NCBI GenBank assembly: GCA_030141605.1
Contig: JAQGDQ010000103.1
Location: 186,001-250,000 of the forward strand
Direction: 5' to 3'
Source: Tubiluchus corallicola
Lineage: Eukaryota; Animalia; Priapulida
Length of the DNA: 64,000 bases
The translations under genes were made by a program, and so were the position numbers. The stretch's first letter is position 1, and the number at the start of each line of letters is the position of its first letter. A model generated the notes under the pieces. The model made no database searches. It was not told the DNA's origin and saw only the letters and a list, made by a program, of their open reading frames with translations. Positions 1 to 14,082 of the stretch are shown here, one piece after another.

Positions 1-371
1 AACAAAGAAATAGGAGGTTAAATTTCGCTGTGGTACAAATTGGGAATTAGAGAATTTTGGATGGAGACTAAGTGAAGAAAGTACGGAGAGAGGGAGAGGG
101 AAGGGACAGAGAAAGAGACGGATAAAGAGGGGGAGGAGACAATAGGAGAGAAGGATAGTATAAAAGAGTAAGGCTAATACAGATTGAAAGAGAAAGGCTG
201 GGAGAAAAGAAAAGAGGAAGAAAAACGGAGAAAAGGAGGGAGAGAGAGTGAGCAAGAGAGACACAGCAGAGAGATTAAAGTTGAGTTAAAGAGCTCTTCT
301 TAACACACAAAGAGTTATGTGAAGTAAAGAAAAGACTGTCATTTAAATGTATCAGGTTCACAGCAGTAGCT

Positions 372-483
<112 letters not shown>

Positions 484-2034
484 CGGTAATCATATTCTTA
501 TTCTTTAACAGTTCTGTCAAAAATTCGGCTCATTAATCAATTCTATTTTCTTATTAAAGCGCGATTAAATCCAATCCTTGAATAAGTTTCCAATTCCTTC
601 TGCTTCCCTGCGTCTCTAACAAGCGGCCTCTGTCCAACACAACTGCAAACTAATGGAGACAAAGCTCAGTCGAAATTTGCACAGTTGATTTCAGCGCGTT
701 AATTAAAAAGACTTTTCGTCTCGGCGACTGATAAAATCGAAGGAAAGTTCGATCATACAACCTTCCTCGCATCTCCGCCTTATCAGCCATTGTACAGAAA
801 ACTAAACAGTGGAACAATTAGAACTCAGAATGGAGAGTCAGTTATTATTAAGGCAGAAGTGAGAAGGTTTCGCAAATATTTCAACCTGCTTTACTTCGGT
901 ACAATTTCTTGCAAACAGAAAGCTAGAGACTTTGAAAACCGCCAAATTTAATGTTGACTTTCGCACTTAGCCGGGAGATCTGCTGAAATGGATGCATCTC
1001 GAAAGAGACAGATGCAGAAGCTAGGCACGTAGACTTTAAATTGTATTTAGAGATTTGCAGATTTAACTGTTAACGAGAAGCAGGTTTTTTTGCGAATGAC
1101 GCCCACGCAAAAGTAAAAAATATGAAATTGTTGTTGTTCATGCGACATTGTATTCAATAGCCGAAGTGTGATCATATCGTCGTAGTAATAAAAATTTATT
1201 CAAATACAAATGTAGTAACAAACATAGTAACCTAAGTAACACAGAACGTTCTATACATGTACATAAACGTGTACATATATGTATACATATACATATTAAT
1301 AGACAAGTTAACTTGCTGAGTAAATTGCAAAATTTTTGAATGTTTTCAACAAAGTTATTATTAATAATTCCAGGTTTTTCAACTAAATACTGATAAGACG
1401 GTCTCCTCCATATAGTATTGTAACGGTGGCTTGGCGATGGGCCTAAAAATTTACTGACGGCTTTTGAGAAAGAACAGAAATTGATAGTAGCGGTAAATCT
1501 ATGCTGTTGATTTAAGAAAAAACAATAGAACTTCTACTGCACGTTAAAAATACCATCTTATTTCATTTTATGTAATTTAGTGAAGATCAAAGATAGCGCA
1601 GCTATTGGTTTAGGTCTAAAAAACTTCTCGACGGTGAGAATAACTCGGAAAAACATCTCGTTCCATCTGTTTGTTGTTTAACTCGTTTTGCATCGGCCTA
1701 GCTTCTCTCTCAAGCGTTGCTCGAGTGGGTTGCAAACACGAAAGCACGCTTTATAGAGATGAATTTCAGCATCCATTTTAATGAGCACGTGCTGGTGGGT
1801 GATGCGGGCGTTGATTTTGCAAATGTCGGATGCTATTTTAATCATTGTCGAACGTGATATCTGCGCTGACAACATAATTTGACAGCCGGTATGCTCTACG
1901 TTATTATCTGAGGCTGTTGCTAAATTGACAGCAAGGTATGTACTTACCTGCAGAAACTTGTAACAAAGTTCCTGAACAGTTAGGTGTTATTATAAGCAAT
2001 TTCTTTAACTAATAGCAGCTAATTTGTGGGAAAT

Positions 2035-2302
<268 letters not shown>

Positions 2303-2837
2303 AAGAACATTAAGAAAATTTTATAAAAGATGAGACTGGCAGGCTCAGCCTATATTATATTGTGAAGTGGCAAAATTAAAATAAATCAGTTAACATTGGA
2401 TAGCATTAGCATTTACATTACTTACTTTAAAAATACGATAATATAAAAAAAACAATAAAATACAAAGTATAAATTTATCAAAATTGGGAGAGATCACTGA
2501 AATAGAAACACTAATATTGTTTTATAAAAATCTATTAAATTTGCAATCTTTTAACAAGCACGTTTCGGCTAGCTTCCTACTAAAAACTGATAGACTAGAT
2601 GAATTGACCAAGTCATTCCATAAATGTTGAAAAGGCATATTTATACAAGTTCAACCTTGAAGAATTGATAAAAAGTTTATCGTTATGTCCTCGCAAATGT
2701 TTAGTGATAGCAAAAGTGAAGACATCTTCAAAATTTAAATTTACCAGTTTATGCACGATCTTATACACCATTTTTAAATCAAAATTAATGCACCTCACTT
2801 CGAGTGGCTGCAAACCAGTTTCATCTAGTCTGATCAT
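2303..2837 (-). mobile_element. CR1-type LINE 3' fragment (ORF2 C-terminus + 3' UTR)
   Basis: ORF 2613..2837 LQPLEVR..DLKMVYKIVHKL..LRGHNDKLF..RLNLYKYAFS matches the typical CR1 ORF2 C-terminal motif. The same 3' UTR (AAAAGATGAGACTG(G/A)CAGGCT) recurs at ~47280 and, inverted, at ~23300. Confidence 0.85.
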
Positions 2838-3039
2838 GTTAGGAATGTGTCCTAACTGGGTCGATCAAAAAGGCGCACTGTTGCTCTGCGAATTGTTCTG
2901 CGTTTTCCTACAATTTACAGCCTAGTGCTTACAATACGACTAGCTGCAATAGACTACGACCAGTAACTAACCAACCAATTAATCAACCAAGCAACCAGAA
3001 AGTTAACCGTCTAATCGGTCGTACGTTATTAGTTAGCTA

Positions 3040-3341
3040 AGTTGCCGAGTACAACACACTGAACCTCTTACACAGTACAGTAGCACCTCTTGTACAGTAG
3101 CACTGCACTTCAATCTTCGCTTTCGCAAACACGTGCAAGACGCTCATGGGATGTTTGTGCTGCTGAAAATTATGTTCGTTTGTGATGTCATCAACAGTTG
3201 GGCTCGCCCGCCGTTAATTAAGGTTTTAATCTATAAATTTATCAGAAACGCTTTTGCAGTATTATTGATATTAAAATGTATGTTTTTTTGCCGTACTTGA
3301 AAATGGGGTAGTATATGAAAAATCATCCTGTACTCCTTTAA
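3040..3341 (-). mobile_element. Kolobok/T2-like MITE family B, partial
   Basis: Ends ATGAAAAATCATCCTGTACTCCT|TTAA; alignable by eye to 3799-4298, 7887-8357 and 56053-56615. Confidence 0.7.
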
Positions 3342-3798
3342 CTAAACAAGCAAACTTGGATATTTACTAGTGCGTGTGGAAATTCCTGTAATCCTTGAAA
3401 ATCGCTTGTGTGCAATTTGCACTGACACCAAATCTATTAACTCAGAATTACTTACCAAGCTACTGCGCATATTTATTATATATAGTCGCATGAATAATAA
3501 TGCAGAATATTCCTTTCCTATATTAATCTCTTTTTTTCTAAAAAATGTGCTGTATGCTTATTAAGCAGAGCCTAATGAATTTATAATGAACGTTTAATTA
3601 GTGATTTTAAGAGCATTCTCCACAAAGTTAAGAGTCTTTTTCAGATAAATTTGAAACGAAGAGGGAGGAAAATGAGATCATAAAGCATTTAAACCTTCGT
3701 TCATTATTCAGTTTTTATTCTTCTTAAGACGAACCTACTCATTAAAAATTCCAATCTGAAATTGTTTTGCAAAATTGCTTTGTAGTTCTTTTTTAGTA

Positions 3799-4298
3799 TT
3801 AAAGGAAAACACAAGGGTTTTTCGTACGTTATGCCAATTTGAAGTATGGTAAAAAGTTTAATACATACAATAATGCCAAAGTGTTTTTGACAAATAATAG
3901 ACTAAAACCTTAGTTAACGGCGGCAAGCCCAACTGTTGATCATATCACAAACGAATTTTCAACAGCACAAACATTCCATGAGCGTGTTTGCGAAAAAAAT
4001 TGAAGTACAGTGCTACTGACAACATTCTGTGAGATATACAAAAATTCAACAAATTTTGAGTTTAAAATTAAAATTTCAAATTTACCGTTGCGCTCATGAG
4101 CGCCTGTACTACGTCACAATTAAACACCTCTGAACTGAGAGGTACAGGATCTGTTTTTGTGCAAAGCGTTTCGGATATACGGTACTAGGCCGATCTAACT
4201 AGTAAATGGCAAAATTCAAGCAACAGCCGAGCGAACGCGAAATTTACCTTATACGTTAGATCGTATTGCATTTAAGAAGCGATGCTGTTTTCCTTTAA
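3799..4298 (+). mobile_element. Kolobok/T2-like MITE family B
   Basis: TTAA|AGGAAAACA ... TGTTTTCCT|TTAA: terminal inverted repeats with TTAA target duplication; non-coding interior shared with other copies. Confidence 0.8.
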
Positions 4299-4519
4299 AT
4301 TCGTTATTTTTGGCCCTCAGTCACAAGGTTCAGTTAGTCAGTTCCTTTAATGTTTTTACTAGTTTGTGATTTGTTTTTGGTAAAAATTTAGTTGATTGAT
4401 TTGACACGTTTGTTAGCTGGTCAAGCAAAAGGAAACATAAGAATAAAAAAGAAGGAAAGTTAGAGAGAAAGAGGGAAAGAAAGAAAGAAAATGAAGGGAC
4501 GGCAGACAGAATGAGAGAA

Positions 4520-5042
<523 letters not shown>

Positions 5043-5694
5043 AAAACAAACATTCAAGTAAGCATGAAGGTGGATATGCAATCAAGCAAGAAACGAGACA
5101 AACAAGTAAGCTAACATGTAAGTAAATGAAGAGGATACAAACAAACTAAAAACAGACAGGATAATTAGTATGCTTCTTTGTATGTGTCTTTTCGTCTCAA
5201 ATTAAAGGAAAAGACATTACGTGAAATTAAGCTATGGTAATTTTACGCCATCAGACTTGTCAACCTGAAACACTAATAGCATTATTCTGTTCATGGAGGC
5301 GTAGATTATAAAAGATGGACGCCATACGAGAAATGAAACCAATTATTGTCTCAATGCTGCAGGTATAACAATATTACACAGACTATATATAACCTCCATT
5401 CTGTGATATTAACAAAAACGGAAGCCAGACAATACGTTTACTTACTGCTCTGACAAAACTAATATCTTACTGCTGCTTTGAAACTATAAACTCTCTTCCA
5501 TTTATTACAAGCAGTAAGAGACGGGGACTTAATGCAGAATCTTTGTAATGGCTTTTTCAATCTGGTCTGTATTAGTGGAATGAATTATCTTGGAAACGTC
5601 GACGTTTTGGTTATTAGGTTTTTGTTTGGTTTTTGTAAAATTCACTACTTTGTTATTTCTTGTTAGATGTTTTTCGTAAACGGTTCACGGTCTT

Positions 5695-5885
5695 CTCTTT
5701 TTTGTTTGTTTGTTTGTTTCGTTGGTTGATTGGTTAGTTGGTTGGGAGGCTGGCTGATTGGTTAGCTCCCTGGCTGATTGGTTTATTGTTTAGTTGGGTG
5801 GTTGGTTTGCTGGTTGGTTGGTTGGTTGGTTGCTGGTTCAGCGACTGGCTGGCTGGTAACTTGTCTGTTTGTTTGTCTGTCTTTT
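5695..5885. repeat. Degenerate (TTTG/TTGG/CTGG)n simple repeat
   Basis: Directly visible. Confidence 0.8.
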
Positions 5886-6225
5886 AGTGCACTGACATGC
5901 TCAAATTCAATTTTTATTTATTGACCAGGTGATTTCCTTTCACCTCCGCACTTTGGTTAATGCTGTCTTTATAAAAAATAAATTTGGCGCGAGATAAGTT
6001 CAAACAGCATAAACTGGCCATTTCAGACAGTACTTGTTTATGTTGACTGTGACAGCGTAGTGGACGTGACATTGAAATTTTTGACACAGCTGTGGAAAAT
6101 CAAAGCTTTGAATCTAGAGTTCCATTTTTTAGACATTTATCATAATAGCAAACTGATGTCGCTGTTCATTGTGCTTTCATATCTGTGATCTAAACGGTTT
6201 CTTTCCTTTGCGGTCATAGATATTT

Positions 6226-6795
6226 TTAAAGGAAAGAACAAGTTACCTAGTTTGTCGGGTTTACTTTACTGTTATCATTTAAACTTAGAAAAATTCAACA
6301 AATAAATTTGCAAAGAACTGCTATAAAGCATAAATTTAAGATATACTACCTCTGAATAGAAATTTTCAGGCGGGTTGTTGCCGACATTCACTTTTAAAAA
6401 AATCACGACGTAACTGGGAGACTTTCCGTAAGCGCATCGTGGCTTTCCATAAGCGCGCGCTGCTTAAACTAATTTAAACTTCTGCAGTTTACCTAATGTT
6501 CACGTAACGTTAATTGTAAATGTATTACAAAATTAGCTAACGATTTTTTGTGAGAACTTATTATACTTTTGATGAAGATTGACAGTGCTCTACGTTTCTT
6601 CAAGACGAATGACGCCATTGGCAGAAGAATAGGCACTGAAAATGGAAGCGCTCAAACATGAAGTGATTGCAACTTTAAAGTGATTTTATTAATTACACGA
6701 GACGCTTATTGCAGTTTTATTACTACATCCTTCTAACATTTTTCGTTAACATTGAAATAAGCCTAACCTCCTAGAAGGCTTGGCCTTTCCTTCAA
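6226..6795 (+). mobile_element. Kolobok/T2-like MITE family A
   Basis: TTAA|AGGAAAGAACAAG ... CTTGGCCTTTCCT|TCAA; interior shared with 13151, 14083, 33219 and 43543. Confidence 0.82.
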
Positions 6796-7239
6796 TGAGT
6801 GACACATACAGGCCAAGGTTCCTGCGTTAAACGAATCGTCCTCTCGTAACGCCTGAATGAACAGATATCTGTACGGAAGCCAGTGATTTCGACTGTGTAG
6901 TTGTTTGTTTACTAGACATTTGAAGCCAGCTAAGACATTTGCGCCAACAGCTGAGGCTCGGAAACTACACGCACTGGATAGTAAGACGGCTAATTCCAGC
7001 AATGTTACACTTGAGTTTGAATTTTGCTTGTCCAGAAACAAGATTAAATAGACCAGACCGAGGAAACGACAGTAAGCAGTCAAACGAAGTCAAAGGCTAT
7101 GAATTCGTGAGTTGTAGCTAAACTGGAGGGCAGGCAAGGAATTGAAACGGGAAGAAAGGAAAGGAAAAAAGATGGGATGGAAGACAAAAAGAAAAAAGGA
7201 AAAGAAAACAAAAGAAGGAAAGACATGAATAGATAGGCG

Positions 7240-7440
7240 AATGAATGAACGAATAATGCAAGAATGAACTAACGAACGAACGAATGAACAAAAGAACGAA
7301 TAAATGAATGAATGAGTTCATGAATGAGTTCATGAATGAACGAATGAATGAATGAATGAACGAACGAACGAATGAATGAATGAATGAATGAGTTAATAAA
7401 TGGGTGAATGAATAAGGCAGGAAGGAACAAATGAATGACG
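7240..7440. repeat. (AATG)n/(AACG)n simple repeat
   Basis: Directly visible; source of the SFIH ORFs. Confidence 0.9.
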
Positions 7441-7607
7441 AAAGAAAGAAAATGCAAACCAAACGAAGAATTACATTTCAAAATTTGAAACTGTAAAAAG
7501 TGAATGCGACTTTGTAAGTTTACTTATTCACGAGTCTTAAGGTACAGAAAATAAAGCGACATTAAGGAAATTTAGAACACAAATGACTCTCTGAATACCA
7601 TCAACAG

Positions 7608-7660
7608 ATGGTCCCCTGTCAGCTAGTGGAGTGCTTTCCACAATCCTTGAATTCCACAAC
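7608..7660 (+). CDS. Weak candidate internal exon, (D)GPLSASGVLSTILEFHN, phase 1->0
   Basis: caacAG|...CACAAC|GTAAGT, a consensus donor in unique sequence with an open frame. The acceptor has a poor pyrimidine tract and I recognise no homology. Confidence 0.25.
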
Positions 7661-7886
7661 GTAAGTGCATAACTAACATTGAATACGTGTCAATCCATTG
7701 ATTTTGTGAATGCTCCTAGTAGCCCACTGCCTTGTCTGTGTGTCGTGTATATTTACAAAGCAGGATATAAATGAACTAGAAGGTCACAGAATGCATAATG
7801 AAAAGTGCGTGTAATCAGTAAAACTTCGTTTATCTGAACCTCCTCTGAACCGGATTATGCAGTCAATAAATAGTTGGTATTGTTCG

Positions 7887-8357
7887 CTAAAGCACAGGGG
7901 AATTTTTTCATATCCTACCTCATTTTGAAATACGGTAAAAAGCGCACAATTTAATACCTATTATAATGCCAAAGCGTTTCTGTTAATTAAATAATAGGTT
8001 AAAAACTTAATTAAAGGTGGGCGAGCCCAACTAGTGATGACATCACAACTGAACATAATTTTCAAGAGCACAGTCATTCAACATTCAGCATGATGCACGT
8101 GTTTGCAAAAGCGAAACTGCTACTGTACAACGTGCAGTATGATATACAAAAACTCGGCAAAGTTTACCGCTGTTCTCGAACGTGTGCGCTACATCACAAC
8201 TGAACTGGGAGTCACAGCACTTGATTTTTGTGCAATGCGTTTCCGAGATACAGGCGCTAATGCCCGTCTCACTAGCGAATGGTAAAAAGTATGTAACAAT
8301 GAAAAACTAGCCTTGCGAACTGAAATTAAGTTTAAATGGTAACACTCGTATTCTTTC
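7887..8357 (+). mobile_element. Kolobok/T2-like MITE family B, diverged
   Basis: Shares GGCGAGCCCAACT..GATGACATCAC and GCAATGCGTTTCCGA blocks with the other family B copies. Confidence 0.7.
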
Positions 8358-9336
8358 ACGCAAGTCATACTAGTATACTAGAAAAAAGTAGTATGTTCAC
8401 TTTCAGTATTTTATAGAGTAGGCTATTCTGACCTACAGTTTAAGATGGGGTCCGATTTCCCTTTAATGGTTGTCCATCAAAAATTGTTTTGTTAATTAAC
8501 TGTGTGCCAATAAATTTATCTTATGGCGTGTTACTCAAAATATCAACATTCCTTCATAATTAATATTATTATTTATTTTACTTCAGACATTTACAGTCCA
8601 CAAAACAAGAACAAAAATAAAGCACAAGTAAAAACACAGAGTTAGTTTACAGCAACATAGTAAGCTTATGTACAAGAAATAAAATTCTTTGTCACGACTT
8701 AAAAATGTTCGATCTAAAATTGTATTGTACAGCAGGTTGATATTAACAGTATTCTGAGTCAAAATAGCCTACTTCTAAGACTAAACACAGCTTGCCTACG
8801 TTTGCAGGAAAAACTTGCTACCTTGTAGCTAACATTTGGCTTGCGCTACAGCGACAAATTAACATGTAATGTGGAGTACACACGGGAAATAAATAAAAAA
8901 CATTGTGCAAAATGTTGTGAATATTCATCAACTTGAAATATAGTGACCATAATTTCCGTCTCTTCGAGAAAATTACGAAGAAACTACTTTGATTTGCGTT
9001 AAATTACGTTAATTAGCAAGAGTAACTTTCCACCGGTTTGGTAATAACAGAACACTCCAGAAGACGCTAATTAACATAACACTTCAATAAACACTAATTA
9101 AAAATTTCAGTATTTGTATTACCTTACGCCATATTTTCTAGGGGCGCTCTTGGGAATAGAACGAGTGATGAGAAATAAACTTGGCTTGAATGGGGTGAAA
9201 TATGGAGCCGTTGAAGAAAGCGTAGGAGTTCCAGTTTACAAATACTCGTACTTAGAACAACAGAAGCGTGTTTTGAATTGCTTTAATTACCCGCAAGTTA
9301 ATTTCAAAATTAACATTCAGCTTCAGCTACTTAAAT

Positions 9337-9817
9337 TTAAAGGACAAGAAACCCTTTTGAAGAAAAGTTACAAGAAGAAAAATTCGTCTTGAAATTCTGT
9401 ATCACTTACATGCTGCCTTATTACATACACAGCTTAGTAGCAGTACCACTGTATAAAACTCGTAAATTTAAACTCCCGAGATGACCGTTAGGCGCAGCCA
9501 TTTTGAAGTTAAGTCGTTTGAAACAAGTTTTGATAACATTAGGTAAAGTTTGAAAAATAAATTGGCGCATTTGTAATACATTGTAAATAAGATCTATAAT
9601 CTGTGGTGAATTTGATGAATCTGTGGTGCACACTGGGATGGTAGTACAGTGACATTTTACCACATTTGGCGTGCACCATTTTATTTTACTAAGAATTTTC
9701 TTTTCTAGTACAAATTTTTCCAGTAGGTAAGCGTGATGCTGAGTAACACAACTTTTATGGAAAGTTTTATGGGACATCCTTTTATTAAATTTAAAATTGC
9801 CTTTTCTTCCCCTTTAA
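9337..9817 (+). mobile_element. Kolobok/T2-like MITE family C
   Basis: TTAA|AGGACAAGAAA ... TTTTCTTCCCCT|TTAA; interior (GTAAATTTAAACTCC, GTGGTGCACACTGGGAT) recurs at ~25939, ~31069, ~45279 and ~47998, with fragments at ~18680, 40439 and 40660. Confidence 0.82.
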
Positions 9818-10428
9818 ACTTAATGCGGACGTTACAGCAACCAAAAGGCAAAACCGCTCCAGTGTGGTTAACCAGTGTGCACGGTGTTAGTGGCTAATTT
9901 TCACTTGACTCTACCTGGTCGAGTGTCAATTCTTGTAGATCATTATACTCAAGAGACTAACCAGTGAGCACGATGACTGTACCTGGTTCAGTGCAGTTTA
10001 CTCATGTGTGATTGAGCAGTTTGCCCTAACTGACACATTTCGATTCCTACCTCTGGTCCTTGAACAATTCTAATTTGGCACGACAATCTTTATCATTTGC
10101 ACGTACTTATACATCTACCTCACAATACATGAATACTTATGAAAAAAGTATTAACCCAAAGCCGTCGGACGAGTTGAATGGCAATCGAAAAACTGATCGA
10201 CAAAAACTGCACGTGGAATACAGAAAAAGTGCTCTTTCCTTATGCTACTAATATTTGTTGTCACTTGATAATACCCTGAACGCTAACACGTGGTCGACGC
10301 CTAATGCACGTCTTTCTAAATAAAGGTTCAATTCTGCTACATTTCGTCAGCCAACTAAATAAATTGCGGCGGAGAAGCCAAAGAAATGTCAGACCTCTTT
10401 CTCAACATCATCCATTCATCTAGATGTT

Positions 10429-10569
10429 TTATGTGCTGAGGCTATTCCGGCTTGGTAGATAAGAAAGTCCAGCCAAGAACAGGGTGAATGAAAAGTAAAT
10501 GTATGTCCAAGTACAGATTGATTCAAAAGTAATGCTACAACTTTTATCATTAGTTTTTTCATCATCTAC
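10429..10569 (-). CDS. Weak candidate terminal exon with hydrophobic C-terminus (VDDEK...WTYIYFSFTLFLAGLSYLPSRNSLST*)
   Basis: Acceptor ttttgtaatctattacacgcAG; 47 open codons ending in a TM/GPI-signal-like stretch. No recognisable homology. Confidence 0.25.
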   Translation of the reverse strand, partial: VDDEKTNDKSCSITFESICTWTYIYFSFTLFLAGLSYLPSRNSLST

Positions 10570-10722
10570 CTGCGTGTAATAGATTACAAAATGTTTTAAT
10601 CTTAGCTGAAACAATATAAGGAAAAATGGAATTGGATCAAAATGTCTGGTATACTACATTTATTCAACATTTTTTAAATTTCTTCAATTTTAATTTTTTA
10701 AGGTTAAATTTGAATGAAAATA

Positions 10723-11280
10723 ATCAGAAACTGCACTTACATTAAGTGGAAACTACCCTTACACTAATCAGAAACTGTGCTTACATTAAGTGGAAACTGC
10801 GTTTACACTGAGCAGAAACTGTGCTTACATTAACTGGAAACTGCGCTTACACTGAGCAGAAACTGTGCTTACAATAAGTGGAAACTGCGCTTACACTGAG
10901 CAGAAACTGTGCTTACATTAAGTGGAAACTGCGTTTACACTGAATAGAAACTGTGCTTACATTAACTGGAAACTGCGCTTACACTGAGCAGAAACTGTGC
11001 TTACATTAAGTGGAAACTGCGCTTACACTGAGCAGAAACTGTGCTTACATTAAGCGGAAACTGCGTTTACACTGAACAGAAACTGTGCTAACATTAAGTG
11101 GAAACTGCGCTTACACTGAGCAGAAACTGTTTACATTAAGTGTAAACTGCGCTTACAATGAGTAGAAGCTGCGTTTACATTAGCAGAAATGTCTCTTACA
11201 TAATAAAAATTTCTCTTACATTAAGTAGAAACTTCGCTTACACTGAGTAGAAGTTGCAATTAAATTAAGTAGAAACTGAT
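10723..11280. repeat. 44-bp minisatellite made of two related 22-bp subunits
   Basis: Unit CAGAAACTGTGCTTACATTAAG+TGGAAACTGCGCTTACACTGAG, about 10 clean units then decaying; no unique spacers. Confidence 0.95.
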
Positions 11281-11928
11281 CTAACTTAATTAGATATTTT
11301 CTTTTCTGAAAGACAATCTACACTTCCACATGTGTTTTAGCTGTTTTAATTTGATGACTTGCGTTTATTTTATTACGTGCTAAAAATTTCTTAACAAAAC
11401 CTCCATTACCGCAACATGTCATGCGAACTGGGAATTTTTCCCCCTGTTTTCGCTGCTCCAGGCTCTCTGATTTGATTTCTAGCTACTGAAATTACTTCTC
11501 GCTATTAGTAAATTTTTCATTTTGCGTTAGAGAACTTTGTGTCACTCCTGATGTCTGTCATAATGAAAATGTTGTTCGCAGAAATGGATGTGTAACACGA
11601 ATAAGATGAGGAAATCTTGTCAAGTTAATTACATAAGAGCCCAGCAGACATGTTTTTATCAGAAACATTAGCAAGGATGTAACATACACTTAGCATGACA
11701 AATGATGATGATGTTGAAAGACATCAACTCACGCAGAGTAAAGTTTCTCTTCGACAAATTTCATCTGTTTCGAATTACGCAAGGCTGTAATTCGCGCAAC
11801 AGATCGGCTCTTTTTTACGTTTCCTGACGCCACCGCAATGAGTTTGTCAGGTTTCATCTTTTGCTTTTTCTATAAAATTGATGTCAAAATGTTCTGGGTT
11901 TTTTCATAGCTGCTGCTAGGTAAAACTT

Positions 11929-12582
11929 CAGCCCTGGATTCACCATTAAGCAAAATAAGCACGCTAGTAGGGCCAATTTGCTGTTTTACCCCAAAATTGC
12001 AAGAAAACGTTTTTTGGTGTTTTCTTGTAGTATTTGGTCTAGAGAACAACATGTCCAAATTAGGCCGAAATTTGGACACTGCAAAGGGTATCATGACGTC
12101 AGAAAAGACAGTAACCATTGAATCAAAATGAATAGGTATTTAGTCTACCAGAATGGAGAAAAAAAACTCATTTTGATTCAAAAGCATGAAACTTTGCACT
12201 GTTCAAATTTAGGCCTAATTTGGATATGTTATTCTCTGGATTAAATACTACAAGAAAACACCAAAAAACGTTTTCTTAAATTTTTTTGGGGTAGGGTTAC
12301 TTTTATCATTATATCGACCCTGCTAGTGATTAGGCCCTCAGCGGAAGTGGGGTCCCACAAAGTTTTTTCAAATCGAATAATTACGCAAAAGTAAAATATA
12401 CCGGAATATGTGTGGCGGTTTCTGTGTTTGTTTACAATATGACGGTAAGGATGGCATCGAGATTAAGCCTGAGCTGTTCACTGCCATATGGTGATATACA
12501 TTGATACATTGAATTACACATATATGGGGATACCGCAAACTTTTCAGTGCTTAGGGCCTCTATGGGCCTGAAAATGCTCTAG
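11929..12582 (+). mobile_element. Degenerate hAT-like MITE interrupted by a foldback element
   Basis: Starts CAGCCCTGGATT; AATAAGCACG and TGATTAGGCCCTC flank the insert and rejoin into one motif; TGCTTAGGGCC near the right end. Confidence 0.45.
11964..12326. mobile_element. Foldback/long-TIR MITE (~360 bp palindrome)
   Basis: Arms AAGAAAACGTTTTTTGGTGTTTTCTTGTAGTATTT...CTGCAAAG vs CTTTGCAC...AAATACTACAAGAAAACACCAAAAAACGTTTTCTT; inner IR GAATCAAAATGA/TCATTTTGATTC; termini CTAGTAGGGCC/GACCCTGCTAG. Confidence 0.8.
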
Positions 12583-13150
12583 GTAAAAGTCATTTCTAGT
12601 GTAGATCTAGTTCTTACCGAGTAGATATTTGACACTTTGTGATGTTTATTTACCTGTTGTCTGACTGTCTGTCCATTCATCTGTCCGCCCGTCAGTCTCC
12701 CTGGCCGCCGCCTTCCTCCCGCTCCCCGCCCATCCGTCTCTTTCACTATCCATGTTTCTTTTTCCATCTGTCTGTTCGCCCGTCTGCTTAACATGAAACA
12801 TTTACTCGTTCGTCCATCTGTTCCTCATTGATTTGTCCATCCATCTATCCATGTATTTGCCTCACAGCTGTATCTCTTTCTTTACCTGACTAACTGATCT
12901 AACATAGTTACATATCTTTTTTCACTTATTGGTACCTGTAATTACTCATCGTACCAATTACTCGTCCATTCAAACTGCCTAGTATCCGATTACGTGCATT
13001 TGTGTTGTTGCTGTTGGGCATCTAGTTAGTTGGTATGACATTTGTGCACCTTGTTGGGGTATAGTGACACACAGTCATGTGCTGCTACCTTTTTGGCCTT
13101 TAGGCCTTGAATGAAGCTTAGTTTAAATTTCTTAGCCTATATTTACATAC

Positions 13151-13550
13151 TTAAAGGAAAGGCCAAGCCTTCTAGGAGGCCAGGCTTATTTTAATGTTCG
13201 CGAAACATGTTAGAATGATTTAGTAATGAAAGTGTGATAAGCGTGTAATAAGTAAAATCACTTTAAGGTAGCGATCACTTCATGCTTGGGCGCTCCCATT
13301 TTCAATGCCCATTCTTCCCCCATCACGTTATTCGTATTGAAGAAAAGTAGCGCATTGTCAATCTTCATCAAAAGTTCTACAAAAAATTAGATACCTAATT
13401 TTGTAATATTTTGCTTGTACATTAGGTAAGATGCAGAGATATGAATTAGTTTAAGCAGCGCGCACTTATGGAAAGCCACGAAAGTCACGAAGTCTCATAG
13501 TTATGTCATGAGTTTTAAGTGAAAGGCGGCCATGTCCTGTTTTCCTTTAA
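13151..13550 (-). mobile_element. Kolobok/T2-like MITE family A, internally deleted
   Basis: TTAA|AGGAAAGGCCAAGCCTTCTAGGAGG is the reverse complement of the right end of 6226-6795; ends TTTTCCT|TTAA. Confidence 0.8.
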
Positions 13551-14082
13551 CTAAATGATTAAATAGTTCATACGCAGTAGGGCAGCAACGTGCTACACTC
13601 TATAGATGTTAGGCTGTCAGCTTTCTGATGTTTATTCCTAATTTAATAATTGCGTGATTCTTTGATTGCTCTAATCTTCTCCTGCAGTTTATATTTAGCG
13701 CCAGTAAAATTTAAATGCCAAAGCTGGTCAGTAAATATGTAAGTTTACTATGTTTGTTATTTTACGATTGCACAAAAGAAGTTTGATTTATACTTGTTTA
13801 TGATGTAATCTTTTGTAACCTTTGCAACATTACATTTGCAATTTTCTTTGTAATGAGCGCTATTTTGTAATTTACATATGAATGATTTAATAGCTTGCGA
13901 TCAGTTAATTATTTGATGATAATTTTTTGTTCACATGTATTTGCAAAGTGCCTTATTTTCTTTTCTTAGAATAAACAATCGTTAGCAAGCCAATAAGGAA
14001 TTTGACGTTTGATTTTTTAGCATTCCGTCAGCTACACACTTGTATAATAGCTTGTTTATTTATTTATGAGTTACAAGTAAAG

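Noticed and set aside
10723-11280. CRISPR-like regular repeat array
   Set aside because: The intervening segments are themselves repeated, so there are no unique spacers; there are no cas genes and the context is eukaryotic. It is a minisatellite.
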